NCBI GenBank assembly: GCA_040901675.1
Contig: JBBDYJ010000029.1
Location: forward strand, 1 to 64,000
Direction: 5' to 3'
Length of the DNA: 64,000 nucleotides
Origin: Pirellulales bacterium
Lineage (GTDB): Bacteria > Planctomycetota > Planctomycetia > Pirellulales > JAICIG01
In this document: positions 1-9,919 of the stretch, piece after piece
Position numbering within the stretch: the stretch's first letter is position 1
How the letters are laid out: each line of letters opens with the position of its first letter
Program-made: the position numbers and the translations under genes
The notes under the pieces: generated by a model
The model's database searches: none
Told to the model about the DNA's origin: nothing
Seen by the model: the letters and a program-made list of their open reading frames with translations, nothing else

Positions 1-180
1 GCAAGGCAGCAAATGACGTTCCCTGCTTGCCTGACACAAAAATAATTACAGGCCCCGATTCAGGGAAGGATTTCCTTAAACCCCGGTGCGACGGATGAGT
101 CGATTCAATACCTTAAGGACCTCAACTCGTTACATCCAATTCGTGAGTTAAGCGCTTCCTCCGAAATTACTGACCGCGCA

Positions 181-1305
181 TTGCCCGTGATCGGTACGTT
201 GCACTCTCTCGAACGCTTGTCGCTTCGGGGATCCCAGATAACCGACGCGGGACTGGGCTTTCTCGGCTCTCTGCCCTCTCTCGAACTGCTAGTTCTGAGT
301 GATACCGCGATCACGGATGCGGGCCTGGCCGAGTTGCCCGCGGTTCGTACTCTCAAGCACTTATTCATATCCTCCACCGGCATCACTGACGCGGGCTTAG
401 AACACTTGGCCGCGTTAGAGCAACTTCGGAAGCTCGGTGTCGATGGGACGAAAGTCACCGATCAAGGGGTGTTTGACCTTTGGGAGGTTCGGCCGGGCGT
501 GGATGTCCGGATAGGCGGTATGATAGCGCAGGGACACTCGGGATATAGCGGGCCGTTGACGCGCTCGACGCACGAGCGGCTGGCGGCAGGTGAGCACGTT
601 AACCTTGGCTATTCCTGTGTCACGGGGGCCAGCTTAAAACGCTTAAGTCAGGCGACGGGCCTCAAGACGCTCAACTTACGTGGAAGCCGCGTCGACGACA
701 ATGCGCTGAAGAATCTGGCGGACCTGAAGTCCCTGGAAATCCTTTTTCTCGGCGACACACCAGTCACGGATCAGGGCTTGCTCCACCTTGAGGCACTGTC
801 TAATCTCAGGCATTTGGAATTGGGAGGACCAAGCATAACGGACGATGCAATGAGAATGGTTGGCAAGTTAGCATCGCTGGAGATAGTTACGTTGTTTCAC
901 ACAAGCGTGACGGATGCGGGGCTGGTACACCTGGCGCAGATGCCGGCCCTCAAAACGCTGCTGTTGGCGGGCGCGAATGTGAGCGATGAAGGTCTACGAG
1001 CCCTGGCGCGCTGCCCGAGTCTCGAGAACCTCCAGCTTCTTCAGACCAACGTGACGGATGCTGGAATTGCGCATCTCGAAGGCTTGCGCCATCTCGAGGT
1101 CCTCGTAGTGGACGGCGACGGGATTACTGATGCAGCAGCAGAATCGCTAGGGCGTCTGAAGGGCCTTCGCGTGCTCAATCTTTACGGAACAAAGGTAACG
1201 GCCGAAGGGGCGAAGACGCTGCAACGTGCCTTGCCGACTTGTAAGCTGGGACTGCCTTCGGCCCGGCGGCGGGTTGCTCCTAGAATGACTTCGCAACCCC
1301 AATAG
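181..1305 (+). CDS. Leucine-rich repeat protein (planctomycete-type, ~24-aa repeats); true start uncertain
   Basis: Repeated LxxLxLxxTxITDAGLxxL motifs. The frame is open upstream to position 46 with LRR-like sequence. Confidence 0.85.
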   Translation: MPVIGTLHSLERLSLRGSQITDAGLGFLGSLPSLELLVLSDTAITDAGLAELPAVRTLKHLFISSTGITDAGLEHLAALEQLRKLGVDGTKVTDQGVFDLWEVRPGVDVRIGGMIAQGHSGYSGPLTRSTHERLAAGEHVNLGYSCVTGASLKRLSQATGLKTLNLRGSRVDDNALKNLADLKSLEILFLGDTPVTDQGLLHLEALSNLRHLELGGPSITDDAMRMVGKLASLEIVTLFHTSVTDAGLVHLAQMPALKTLLLAGANVSDEGLRALARCPSLENLQLLQTNVTDAGIAHLEGLRHLEVLVVDGDGITDAAAESLGRLKGLRVLNLYGTKVTAEGAKTLQRALPTCKLGLPSARRRVAPRMTSQPQ

Positions 1306-1358
1306 ACCCACCTCCAACCAGGCAGGCCGGCTGCACGGCGGACCAGGTAGCCCAACTC

Positions 1359-1381
1359 GACCGGATAAATCCGGTCACTAC
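1359..1381 (-). repeat. GTAG-type REP-like palindrome
   Basis: Minus strand reads GTAGT-GACCGGAT-TT-ATCCGGTC, between convergent genes. Confidence 0.6.
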
Positions 1382-1395
1382 GAACATTCAATCAT

Positions 1396-2688
1396 TCAAT
1401 CCGTGGCGGCTGAGCAGGCCTGGGCGAGGATGCCTAAGGCGATGTCGACCTGCTGGGCGGTGACGCACAGCGCGGGACAGAAGCGGATGGCCGAGCGGCC
1501 GCAACCCAACAGCAACAAGCCGCGCTCGAACGACTCGTCGACGATCGAGTCGCGCAACTCCGGGTCCGCCTTGCCCTGGGAATCGGCCACGTCGATGGCC
1601 AACATCAGCCCCAGGCCGCGCGGGTTGGCCAGGTTGGCGCAGCTTCTCGCGAGATGCTCCAGCCCAGCCATGAGCTGAGCGCCGCGCAGACGGGCGTTTT
1701 CCAGGTATTCACGCTGGAGCAGATCCAGCGTGGCTAGCGCCGCTCGGCAACTGACCGGGTTGCCGCCGAACGTCGAGGCGTGGCTGCCGGGCGGCCAGGT
1801 CATCAGGTCCGCGTCGGCCACCATCGCGCCCAGCGGCATGCCGCTGGCAATTCCCTTGGCCAGGCAGACCATGTCAGGAACAACCTGGAAGTGCTCCACC
1901 GCGAACATGGCGCCGGTGCGGCCCATGCCGGACTGCACTTCGTCGGCCACCAGCAGGATGCCATGCTGGTCGCAGACCGAGCGCAACATGCCGAGAAAAC
2001 CAGGCGACGGCACCCGATAGCCGCCCTCGCCCTGGACCGGCTCGACAAAGATGGCCGCCACTTCGTCCGGCGGGCAGACGGTGGCGAACTGCTCTTCCAG
2101 CTCCTCGCGCTTGCAGTTGAAGTGGATGCGGTGTACGCCGGGCAGCATCGGGCCGAAGCCCCGTTGGTGCAGCGCCTTCGAGCCACCCAGCGACATCGCA
2201 CCGTAGGTCCGGCCGTGGAAGGCGCCGTAACACGATATGACGCGCTGCCGGCCGGTATGGTAGCGGGCCAGCTTCAAGGCGGCCTCGATCGACTCGGCCC
2301 CGCTGTTGGTGAAGAACACGCGCTTCGGCTTGTCGCCGGGCGCCAGCCGGGCCAACCGCTCGGCCAGCTCGATCTCGGGCGGATAATAAAAGTCGGTGCC
2401 CGACATGTGGATCAGCCGCGCTGCCTGGTCGGTTATGGCCGCCACCACCTCCGGGTGGGCGTGCCCGGTGGCCGTGACGGCGATCCCGGCCGTGAAGTCG
2501 AGGAACCAGTTGCCGTCGACGTCTTCCAGCTCGCAGCCCTGGCCGCGCGCGGCGACCAGCGGATAGCCGCGCGTGTACGAGGGGGACATCACCTGGTCGT
2601 CGCGCGCGATCCAGGCCGCCGCCTTGGGGCCCGGCAGCGCCGTCTTCAACAGGGGCGCTTTGTGCTGGCTGGTGTTCACGGTAACCAT
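1396..2688 (-). CDS. Class III PLP-dependent aminotransferase (4-aminobutyrate/acetylornithine aminotransferase family)
   Basis: Motifs FLDFTAGIAV, NSGAESIEAA, FHGRT, DEVQSGMGRTG, AKG (PLP Lys) and STFGGNP. ATG at 2688 has an AGAGGAG RBS. Confidence 0.92.
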   Translation of the reverse strand: MVTVNTSQHKAPLLKTALPGPKAAAWIARDDQVMSPSYTRGYPLVAARGQGCELEDVDGNWFLDFTAGIAVTATGHAHPEVVAAITDQAARLIHMSGTDFYYPPEIELAERLARLAPGDKPKRVFFTNSGAESIEAALKLARYHTGRQRVISCYGAFHGRTYGAMSLGGSKALHQRGFGPMLPGVHRIHFNCKREELEEQFATVCPPDEVAAIFVEPVQGEGGYRVPSPGFLGMLRSVCDQHGILLVADEVQSGMGRTGAMFAVEHFQVVPDMVCLAKGIASGMPLGAMVADADLMTWPPGSHASTFGGNPVSCRAALATLDLLQREYLENARLRGAQLMAGLEHLARSCANLANPRGLGLMLAIDVADSQGKADPELRDSIVDESFERGLLLLGCGRSAIRFCPALCVTAQQVDIALGILAQACSAATD

Positions 2689-2735
2689 GGGCTCTCCTCT
2701 CAATCAGCTTTCCCGTCGTGGGAGATCGATGTGTG

Positions 2736-4265
2736 TTAATCGCTTTCGGGCGTCTGGGCGCTCATTCCCTGGGCCATGATGATGCGCCGCTCGTGGTTGA
2801 CGGTGAACGCCGTGCGGTGGGTCACCGCATCGACCAGGGCGGCCGCGGACGGCTGGCCGTTGCCGCTGCGCTTGACGCCGCCGAATGGCAGGTGCACCTC
2901 GGCCCCGATGCAGGGCAGGTTCACGTAGCCCATGCCGTATTCGCACTCGTCGCGATACAGCCGCCAGCGGCGATAGTCCTCGGTGATCACCGCCATCGAC
3001 AGGCCGTAAGGCGTGTCGTTGTAAATGTGGATCGCCTGCTCGTCGTTGTCGAAGGGAATCAATGCCAGGTGCGGGCCGAAAACCTCCTCGCGTATTGTCC
3101 GCAGGTGCGGCGCGTGCTGCTGCCGGTAGATAAAAGGCGACATGAAGTGCCCTGCTTCGTGCTGGGGGTCGTTCATGCGGCCCCCCTCCAGCAGCACGTC
3201 GGCCCCTTCCTGGCGGGCCAGGTCGTTGTACCGCGAAACTTTTTCGACGGCGGCCGCGTTGATCAGCGGGCCGGCGAAGGCGCCGCCGGTGAAGGGATCG
3301 GCAAAGCGGAGGTGGCGGGCCCGCTCGACCAGGCCGGCGGCAAAGCGATCGAAGACGCGGCGATGGACCAGCACCCGCCCGGCCGACACGCACCGCTGGC
3401 CGGTGGTCTTGAAGGCGCTGAGCAAGGCCGCGTTCACCGCCAGGTCCAATTGGGCGTCCTCGCATACGATCACCGCGCTCTTGGAGCCCATCTCGCAGGC
3501 ACAGGTCTTGTGATCGCTCTCGGCAGCCAGCCGGCGGATGTGCGAGCCTACCTCGTGGCTGCCGGTGAAGGCCACCACGTCGACGTCGCCGTGCCGGGCC
3601 AGCGCGTCGCCCGCTTCATCTCCGAAGCCGTGGACCAGGTTGATCGTGCCGGCCGGAAAACCGGCTTCGACGAACAGTTCCACCAGCCGCTGGCCGATCT
3701 GAGGCGTCTCCTCCGACGGCTTGAACACCGTGGTGTTGCCTTCCAGCAGGCTGGGCGCGAGCATCCACAGCGGGACGGCGAAGGGAAAGTTCCAGGGCGT
3801 GATCACGGCCACCACGCCCCGCGGCTTGCGGCGGACATAGAGGTCCTTGGCCTCGATCTCCGAGGCAATCACCTGGCCGGTCGGTTGGCGGGCCGTGCCG
3901 AACACGTACTCGACCATGTGCAGCCCCTCGACCACTTCGGCCCGGGCTTCATCCAGCACCTTGCCGCTTTCGCGGGCCATGATGCGGGCCAGGCTGTCGA
4001 CCTCGCGCTCGATCAGGGTGCCCAGCCGTTTGAACAGCTCGCCTCGGCGGATGCGGCTCGTACGGCGCCAACTGTCATAGGCACCGCGCGCGGCCTCGAC
4101 CGCCCGGTCGACGTCGGCCGCGGTCCCCTTGGGATAGACGCCGAGCACCTCCTGGCTGCGTGCCGGGTTGGTGTTCTCGAACCGGTCGTGGCCGGCGGTG
4201 AACCACTCGCCGGCGATCAAGTGCCGTCCCAACCAGTCGGTGGTGGTCAATGTCGAAAGTGCCAT
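2736..4265 (-). CDS. NAD(P)-dependent aldehyde dehydrogenase
   Basis: Motifs ITPWNFP, KPSEETP, FTGS, EMGSK, GQRC (catalytic Cys), EEVFGP and PFGGVKRSG. ATG at 4265 has a GGAG RBS. Co-oriented with the aminotransferase. Confidence 0.95.
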   Translation of the reverse strand: MALSTLTTTDWLGRHLIAGEWFTAGHDRFENTNPARSQEVLGVYPKGTAADVDRAVEAARGAYDSWRRTSRIRRGELFKRLGTLIEREVDSLARIMARESGKVLDEARAEVVEGLHMVEYVFGTARQPTGQVIASEIEAKDLYVRRKPRGVVAVITPWNFPFAVPLWMLAPSLLEGNTTVFKPSEETPQIGQRLVELFVEAGFPAGTINLVHGFGDEAGDALARHGDVDVVAFTGSHEVGSHIRRLAAESDHKTCACEMGSKSAVIVCEDAQLDLAVNAALLSAFKTTGQRCVSAGRVLVHRRVFDRFAAGLVERARHLRFADPFTGGAFAGPLINAAAVEKVSRYNDLARQEGADVLLEGGRMNDPQHEAGHFMSPFIYRQQHAPHLRTIREEVFGPHLALIPFDNDEQAIHIYNDTPYGLSMAVITEDYRRWRLYRDECEYGMGYVNLPCIGAEVHLPFGGVKRSGNGQPSAAALVDAVTHRTAFTVNHERRIIMAQGMSAQTPESD

Positions 4266-4551
4266 GGCGAGTCTCCATAAAAGTCCAAGGCGGCCCGGAC
4301 GCGAACCGGGCAGAATCCGCTTCAGCCCACCCAGCGCGCCAAGGGGGAGCCCCCGCGGCCGGCTACGAGAATGGCCAGTCCGCCGCCTGCCCAAGCCGAC
4401 GGGTCCAAGTTAAGAATAGGCCCTGCGATGGATGGGGCAAGCCAGCCCGGAGCCGCCGCTTTAAGCTTTGAAGCGACTGTGGGTTGCGCCCCACGCGGTC
4501 GGGTGCAGCGGGCCGAGCAGGGCGGACAGCGGGAAGGCGGGCCGCCCTCGG

Positions 4552-4579
4552 TGGACGGGATGGGGGGCAGGCCTATAAT
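4552..4579 (+). promoter_or_regulatory. Putative sigma70 promoter of trxB
   Basis: TGGACG-N16-TATAAT about 40 bp upstream of the start. Confidence 0.45.
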
Positions 4580-4618
4580 GGCCCACGAACAGGGCAACGG
4601 CGCCAGGAGGTTCGAGCA

Positions 4619-5662
4619 TTGGCTGAAAAAGTGGTGATCATCGGCAGCGGCCCGGCGGCATGGGCGGCGGCGATTTACGCGGCCCGTGCCGAGCTGCGGC
4701 CGCTGGTGTTCGAGGGGGCCGTCACCGAGGAGAACCGCATCAACGGCACGCTCCCCTTGGGCCAACTGGCTCTGACCACCGAAGTCGAGAACTATCCCGG
4801 TTTCCCGGCCGGCAATCTCGAGGCCTACCTGGATGATGCGACCGACAGGGAAAGGCGGCAGTACATGGCGCCTCACACCAGGCATGGCGTGAGCGGGCCG
4901 GAGTTGATGGAGCTGATGCGGCAGCAGGCGGCCAACTTCGGGACGCGCATCATCACCGACGACATCGTCGCGGTCGATTTTTCGAAGCGGCCTTTCAAGC
5001 TCACTGCGTCCAGCGGCGAAGTGACCGAGTCGGCCGCGGTGATCGTGGCCACGGGGGCGAGGGCCAATTATCTCGGCTTGGTCTCCGAGGACGCCTACAA
5101 AAACCGGGGAGTCAGCGCCTGCGCCGTCTGCGACGGCGCCCTGCCTCGTTTCCGCAACAAGCCGCTGGTGGTGGTGGGCGGCGGCGACTCGGCCGCCGAA
5201 GAGGGGACTTACTTGAGCAAGTTCGCCAGCAAGGTGCACATGGTCCATCGCCGCGATGTGTTGCGGGCCTCGAAGATCATGGCCGAGCGCGTCCTGGCCA
5301 ACCCCAAGGTCGAGATGGTCTGGAACAGCGTGGTCGACGAGGTGCTGGGCAACGAACGCGACGGGCTGACCGGCGTCCGGCTGCGGAGCACCGTGGACGA
5401 ATCGATCCAGGACCTTTCGGCGACGGGGATGTTCCTGGCCATCGGGCACACCCCCAACACGCGGTTCCTGGAAGGCCAGTTGGAATTGACGCCCAAGAAG
5501 TACATCCAGTGGACGGTCCCCTTCCGCACGAACACCAGCGTCGAAGGCGTTTTCGCGGCCGGCGACGTGGCCGACGACTACTACCGGCAGGCGGTCACGG
5601 CCGCCGGCACCGGCTGCATGGCGGCCCTGGACGCCGAGCGCTGGCTGGCACACCAGCATTGA
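4619..5662 (+). CDS. trxB: Thioredoxin-disulfide reductase
   Basis: Motifs IIGSGPA, VENYPGF, CAVC redox centre, GGGDSA, HRRD and [15 protein letters not shown] start follows AGGAGG. Confidence 0.96.
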   Translation: MAEKVVIIGSGPAAWAAAIYAARAELRPLVFEGAVTEENRINGTLPLGQLALTTEVENYPGFPAGNLEAYLDDATDRERRQYMAPHTRHGVSGPELMELMRQQAANFGTRIITDDIVAVDFSKRPFKLTASSGEVTESAAVIVATGARANYLGLVSEDAYKNRGVSACAVCDGALPRFRNKPLVVVGGGDSAAEEGTYLSKFASKVHMVHRRDVLRASKIMAERVLANPKVEMVWNSVVDEVLGNERDGLTGVRLRSTVDESIQDLSATGMFLAIGHTPNTRFLEGQLELTPKKYIQWTVPFRTNTSVEGVFAAGDVADDYYRQAVTAAGTGCMAALDAERWLAHQH

Positions 5663-5665
5663 TAC

Positions 5666-5700
5666 AGGCAGAAGGACGAAGGACGAAGGCAGAATAGGAA
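5666..5700 (+). repeat. Degenerate heptamer tandem repeat
   Basis: gaaggac gaaggac gaaggca gaatagg; a similar tract lies at 5775-5812. Confidence 0.6.
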
Positions 5701-5707
5701 CACGGAT

Positions 5708-5770
5708 GAAGACTGGGGCACGCTACGACTCGACTGAGCTCGCCGAAGTCCGCTTTGCCCCAGCCACCCG
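5708..5770. repeat. Dispersed ~63-bp REP-like element, copy 1
   Basis: Identical to the reverse complement of 45151-45214 except for one indel. Stem CTGGGGCA/TGCCCCAG encloses a second hairpin. Confidence 0.9.
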
Positions 5771-5812
5771 GACCGAAGTCAGAGGTCAGAGGCGAGAAGG
5801 CGGAAGTCGAAG

Positions 5813-7210
<1,398 letters not shown>

Positions 7211-7221
7211 TTGTGGGTGTT

Positions 7222-7296
7222 GTAGCCGGATTCGCCAGAATTCGGGCCGTGGTGGCCGGCGTAAAACAGCTCCAGAACTCTGGCGAATTCTGCTAC
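7222..7296. repeat. REPIN-like doublet (two inverted GTAG-type REPs)
   Basis: GTAGCCGGATTCGCCAGAATTCGG ... CCAGAACTCTGGCGAATTCTGCTAC between convergent asnS and porin genes. Confidence 0.85.
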
Positions 7297-7311
7297 CTCC
7301 GTAGCCGCGCT

Positions 7312-8631
7312 TTAGAAGGTGTACTCGAGGCCGAAGTTGAGGCCCTGCGCCCAGAAGTCGCTGTCGCGGAACTCGAAGGCAGGCCGCTCGGGGCCGATGA
7401 AGGGGCCGGGCGTCAACTGCAGAGGGTTGAGCGCCACGTCGATCTGATCGCCCGGCCGGGCCACGTGGCTCCAATAGATGAAGGAGTAACCCATCAGCGC
7501 CCGCAACCGGGGCCTGACGAAGTACCCCAGCGTCAGCCCCACTTCGGGGACGATAGCGAAATTCTCTTCGCTGAAGGTGCCGATGTTCGACCCCTGAGCC
7601 AACAGCCCGCCGCCGCGGCTAGCCGGAGCCGCACCGGGGACCGTGACGGTGGTCGCGCCGTCGATGGTCACCGTGCTCCAGGTGCCGCCCAGGGCCACTT
7701 TGCCCAAGACATCGAACGACCAGCGGCCCCGGTAGATGCGGCTCAACAGGCCCAGCTCGCCGCCGTGGAACTCATTGCGGGTGTGGAAGCGGTCAGTAAG
7801 GTCGATCTGGGTGCCCAAGGGGATCAGGCCGGCGGGGTCGGTGGAGATCAACTGTTCGCCGATCACCACGTCCTCATCCAGCTTGAGGAAACGGTAGCCG
7901 GCGATCAGATCGAGGCGGTGACAATTGCGGTTGCAGATTTTGTGCCCGCAGGAAGTGCGGCAGCATATATTGTGCAACAGGCGGACACCGGCTCCTTGAA
8001 AGTCGCTGCTGGCGCGGACGTTGACCGAGCCGGTCACGATGCCGGGAAAGGCCACCAGCTCGGAATCCTCCTGGCCAGTGATGACGTTGAAGAACGGGCG
8101 GGCCAGGATCGGGTCGCCCGCACTGATGGCCGAAAACTCGGTGACCTCTTCGCCCAGCGCGAAGTAGTCCCCCTCGATTCCCCAGGTCTGGCAGTCGTCC
8201 AACCAGGTGCCGACCGTGAAGCGGCCGCCGGAGCGGGCCCCGTCGTTGACGTCTTCGTCGCCAAACAGGATCACGGTGCCGGGCTGCCCCAGCACGCCGG
8301 CTTGCGCGCGAGGAGTGCCCGCCGGGCTCGTGGTGACCAGCGGCGGGAGCGAGTCGCCCTTGGTCCACCACAGCAGGTACTCGCCCCGGATCCAGAATCT
8401 GCCGGACGGCCCGCACAGACACTTGCAACACGACTTCGGCTTGCAGCAAGTCCCGCAATCCCGGTGATCCGCGGCGGCGGATCGTTCGGCCAAGGCGTCA
8501 ACTTCCTCGGCGGCCGCCGGCATGACGGCCTCGTCCGGAAAGTCATACAGTTCGGCCCGTGCGGCGCCGGCCGCGAGGATCCCCAAGCAGAGTGAGGCAC
8601 GACCAAAAAAGCTGGCCAGCGGGCTTTTCAT
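7312..8631 (-). CDS. BBP7/DUF1551-like outer-membrane beta-barrel protein
   Basis: Signal peptide, Cys-rich N-terminus, EYLLWWTKG-PPLVTT, ILARPFFN, alternating beta-strands and terminal GLNFGLEYTF (C-terminal Phe). Confidence 0.85.
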   Translation of the reverse strand: MKSPLASFFGRASLCLGILAAGAARAELYDFPDEAVMPAAAEEVDALAERSAAADHRDCGTCCKPKSCCKCLCGPSGRFWIRGEYLLWWTKGDSLPPLVTTSPAGTPRAQAGVLGQPGTVILFGDEDVNDGARSGGRFTVGTWLDDCQTWGIEGDYFALGEEVTEFSAISAGDPILARPFFNVITGQEDSELVAFPGIVTGSVNVRASSDFQGAGVRLLHNICCRTSCGHKICNRNCHRLDLIAGYRFLKLDEDVVIGEQLISTDPAGLIPLGTQIDLTDRFHTRNEFHGGELGLLSRIYRGRWSFDVLGKVALGGTWSTVTIDGATTVTVPGAAPASRGGGLLAQGSNIGTFSEENFAIVPEVGLTLGYFVRPRLRALMGYSFIYWSHVARPGDQIDVALNPLQLTPGPFIGPERPAFEFRDSDFWAQGLNFGLEYTF

Positions 8632-8799
8632 GAGTGGGCTTCTCGAAAGATGGTTCTCGAGCGACATCGTGCCGTGGCGCAAGGGCATGGCAGCACTTGA
8701 TTGAATTCATCGACCTTGGGCGGCGGGCGAATTCATCCTGGTCCCGCTGAACTGGGATAGTCGACGCCGCCGGAAATCCTCACCGAACCGCGCCAACCA

Positions 8800-9741
8800 T
8801 CAAGGTCCGCCCTGCTTGCCAAACGGTTGGATAGCGGGCTCTCCGGGCTCTCCGGACCGGCTGGCGACAAACGCGCGGAGCCAGCCGTCGTCCAGCAGTG
8901 TCCGGCCGAGATCGGCGGCCAGGTCCGCAAAGACCGTGCGGTAGAGCGCCAGCAGTTGTTCGTCTCCCATCGGGCCATTCTGGCCGGCAACCGGCAACCG
9001 CTGCCGCCAGCGCAGCGACTCCAGGAGATGCCGCCGCAGAAAGTCGTAGGCGTCGATGGCCGTCGGCGGCAGCACGCCGATGGCCAGCGAGATCGACGCC
9101 TGCTGGGCCAGCGCCCGGTGCCAGTAGCCGGCCGGGATGTACAGCCAGTCGCCCGCCTCGAGCAAGCAGCGGCTGAGCGGCATGATCTCGCGCTCGTACC
9201 GCATGTCGGCCGGCAGTGTCTCGACCAGCGGCCAGGGATGGACCGTGTTCTTGCGGAGGCAGTATTCCTTGCTCCCCACGGTCTGCAGGACGAACACCTC
9301 TTCGGCGTCATAGTGCCAGCCAAAGCCGTGCTGCCGAGCGGGAGTGCAGTACAGGTGTACGTCGACCGGGCCGAGGAAATCGCGCCGCAAACCGCCCGCC
9401 AGGTCCGCCAGGCGGACATCGTGCCGCTCGGCATGCCGCACCAGCACGGTATATCCCTGGTCATGAAGCCGCCGCGCCTGGTCGTACGACGGGGGCTCGG
9501 CCAGTTCCACACGGCGGCCCTCCCGCACCACGAGCACGTCGGCATCGGCATGGGCCAGAAGACGCTCGACCGTGTCCCAGTTCCCCAGAGCGGTGAACTG
9601 GCTGGCGCCGCCCGCCGATGCAAAGGGCTGCTTGAGAAAGTACTCGTCGATGAACTGCCGGCGTGGAACCTGGCCGAGCAGCAGTTCGAGGCAGCTCGTG
9701 CTCTCAGTTGCCGGGTCTCGATGGAAGCTGTCGGCGGGCAT
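8800..9741 (-). CDS. JmjC/Cupin_4 Fe(II)/2-oxoglutarate oxygenase (RoxA/YcfD-like)
   Basis: GFGWHYD...GSK...LYIPAGYWH, giving the HxD...H facial triad. Confidence 0.85.
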   Translation of the reverse strand: MPADSFHRDPATESTSCLELLLGQVPRRQFIDEYFLKQPFASAGGASQFTALGNWDTVERLLAHADADVLVVREGRRVELAEPPSYDQARRLHDQGYTVLVRHAERHDVRLADLAGGLRRDFLGPVDVHLYCTPARQHGFGWHYDAEEVFVLQTVGSKEYCLRKNTVHPWPLVETLPADMRYEREIMPLSRCLLEAGDWLYIPAGYWHRALAQQASISLAIGVLPPTAIDAYDFLRRHLLESLRWRQRLPVAGQNGPMGDEQLLALYRTVFADLAADLGRTLLDDGWLRAFVASRSGEPGEPAIQPFGKQGGP

Positions 9742-9844
9742 GGCCGGTGGTGCATTCAAGGCAAGAGGGCGGTCGGCCGGCGGACGACCGGCCACCTTCA
9801 GCCTACCGCTTCGGACCGGCAGTCTCCAGATTGCGGCCAAACCG

Positions 9845-9879
9845 AAAACGAGAGCCCCTCCACCAGTGGAGAGGCTCTC
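9845..9879 (-). terminator. Intrinsic terminator of the DUF4142 gene
   Basis: Minus strand GAGAGCCTCTCCAC-TG-GTGGAGGGGCTCTC followed by GTTTT. Confidence 0.65.
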
Positions 9880-9919
9880 GCTCGAAGACAGGTCAGGCGG
9901 ATCTGCCCCGCTAAGCGGC

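Noticed and set aside
2718..4280. Long antisense ORFs (also 5786-7474, 7060-8595, 23770-25674, 28080-29693, 29606-31768, 35123-37108, 51488-53227 and others)
   Set aside because: These are shadow frames of well-supported genes in high-GC DNA, with no recognisable motifs.
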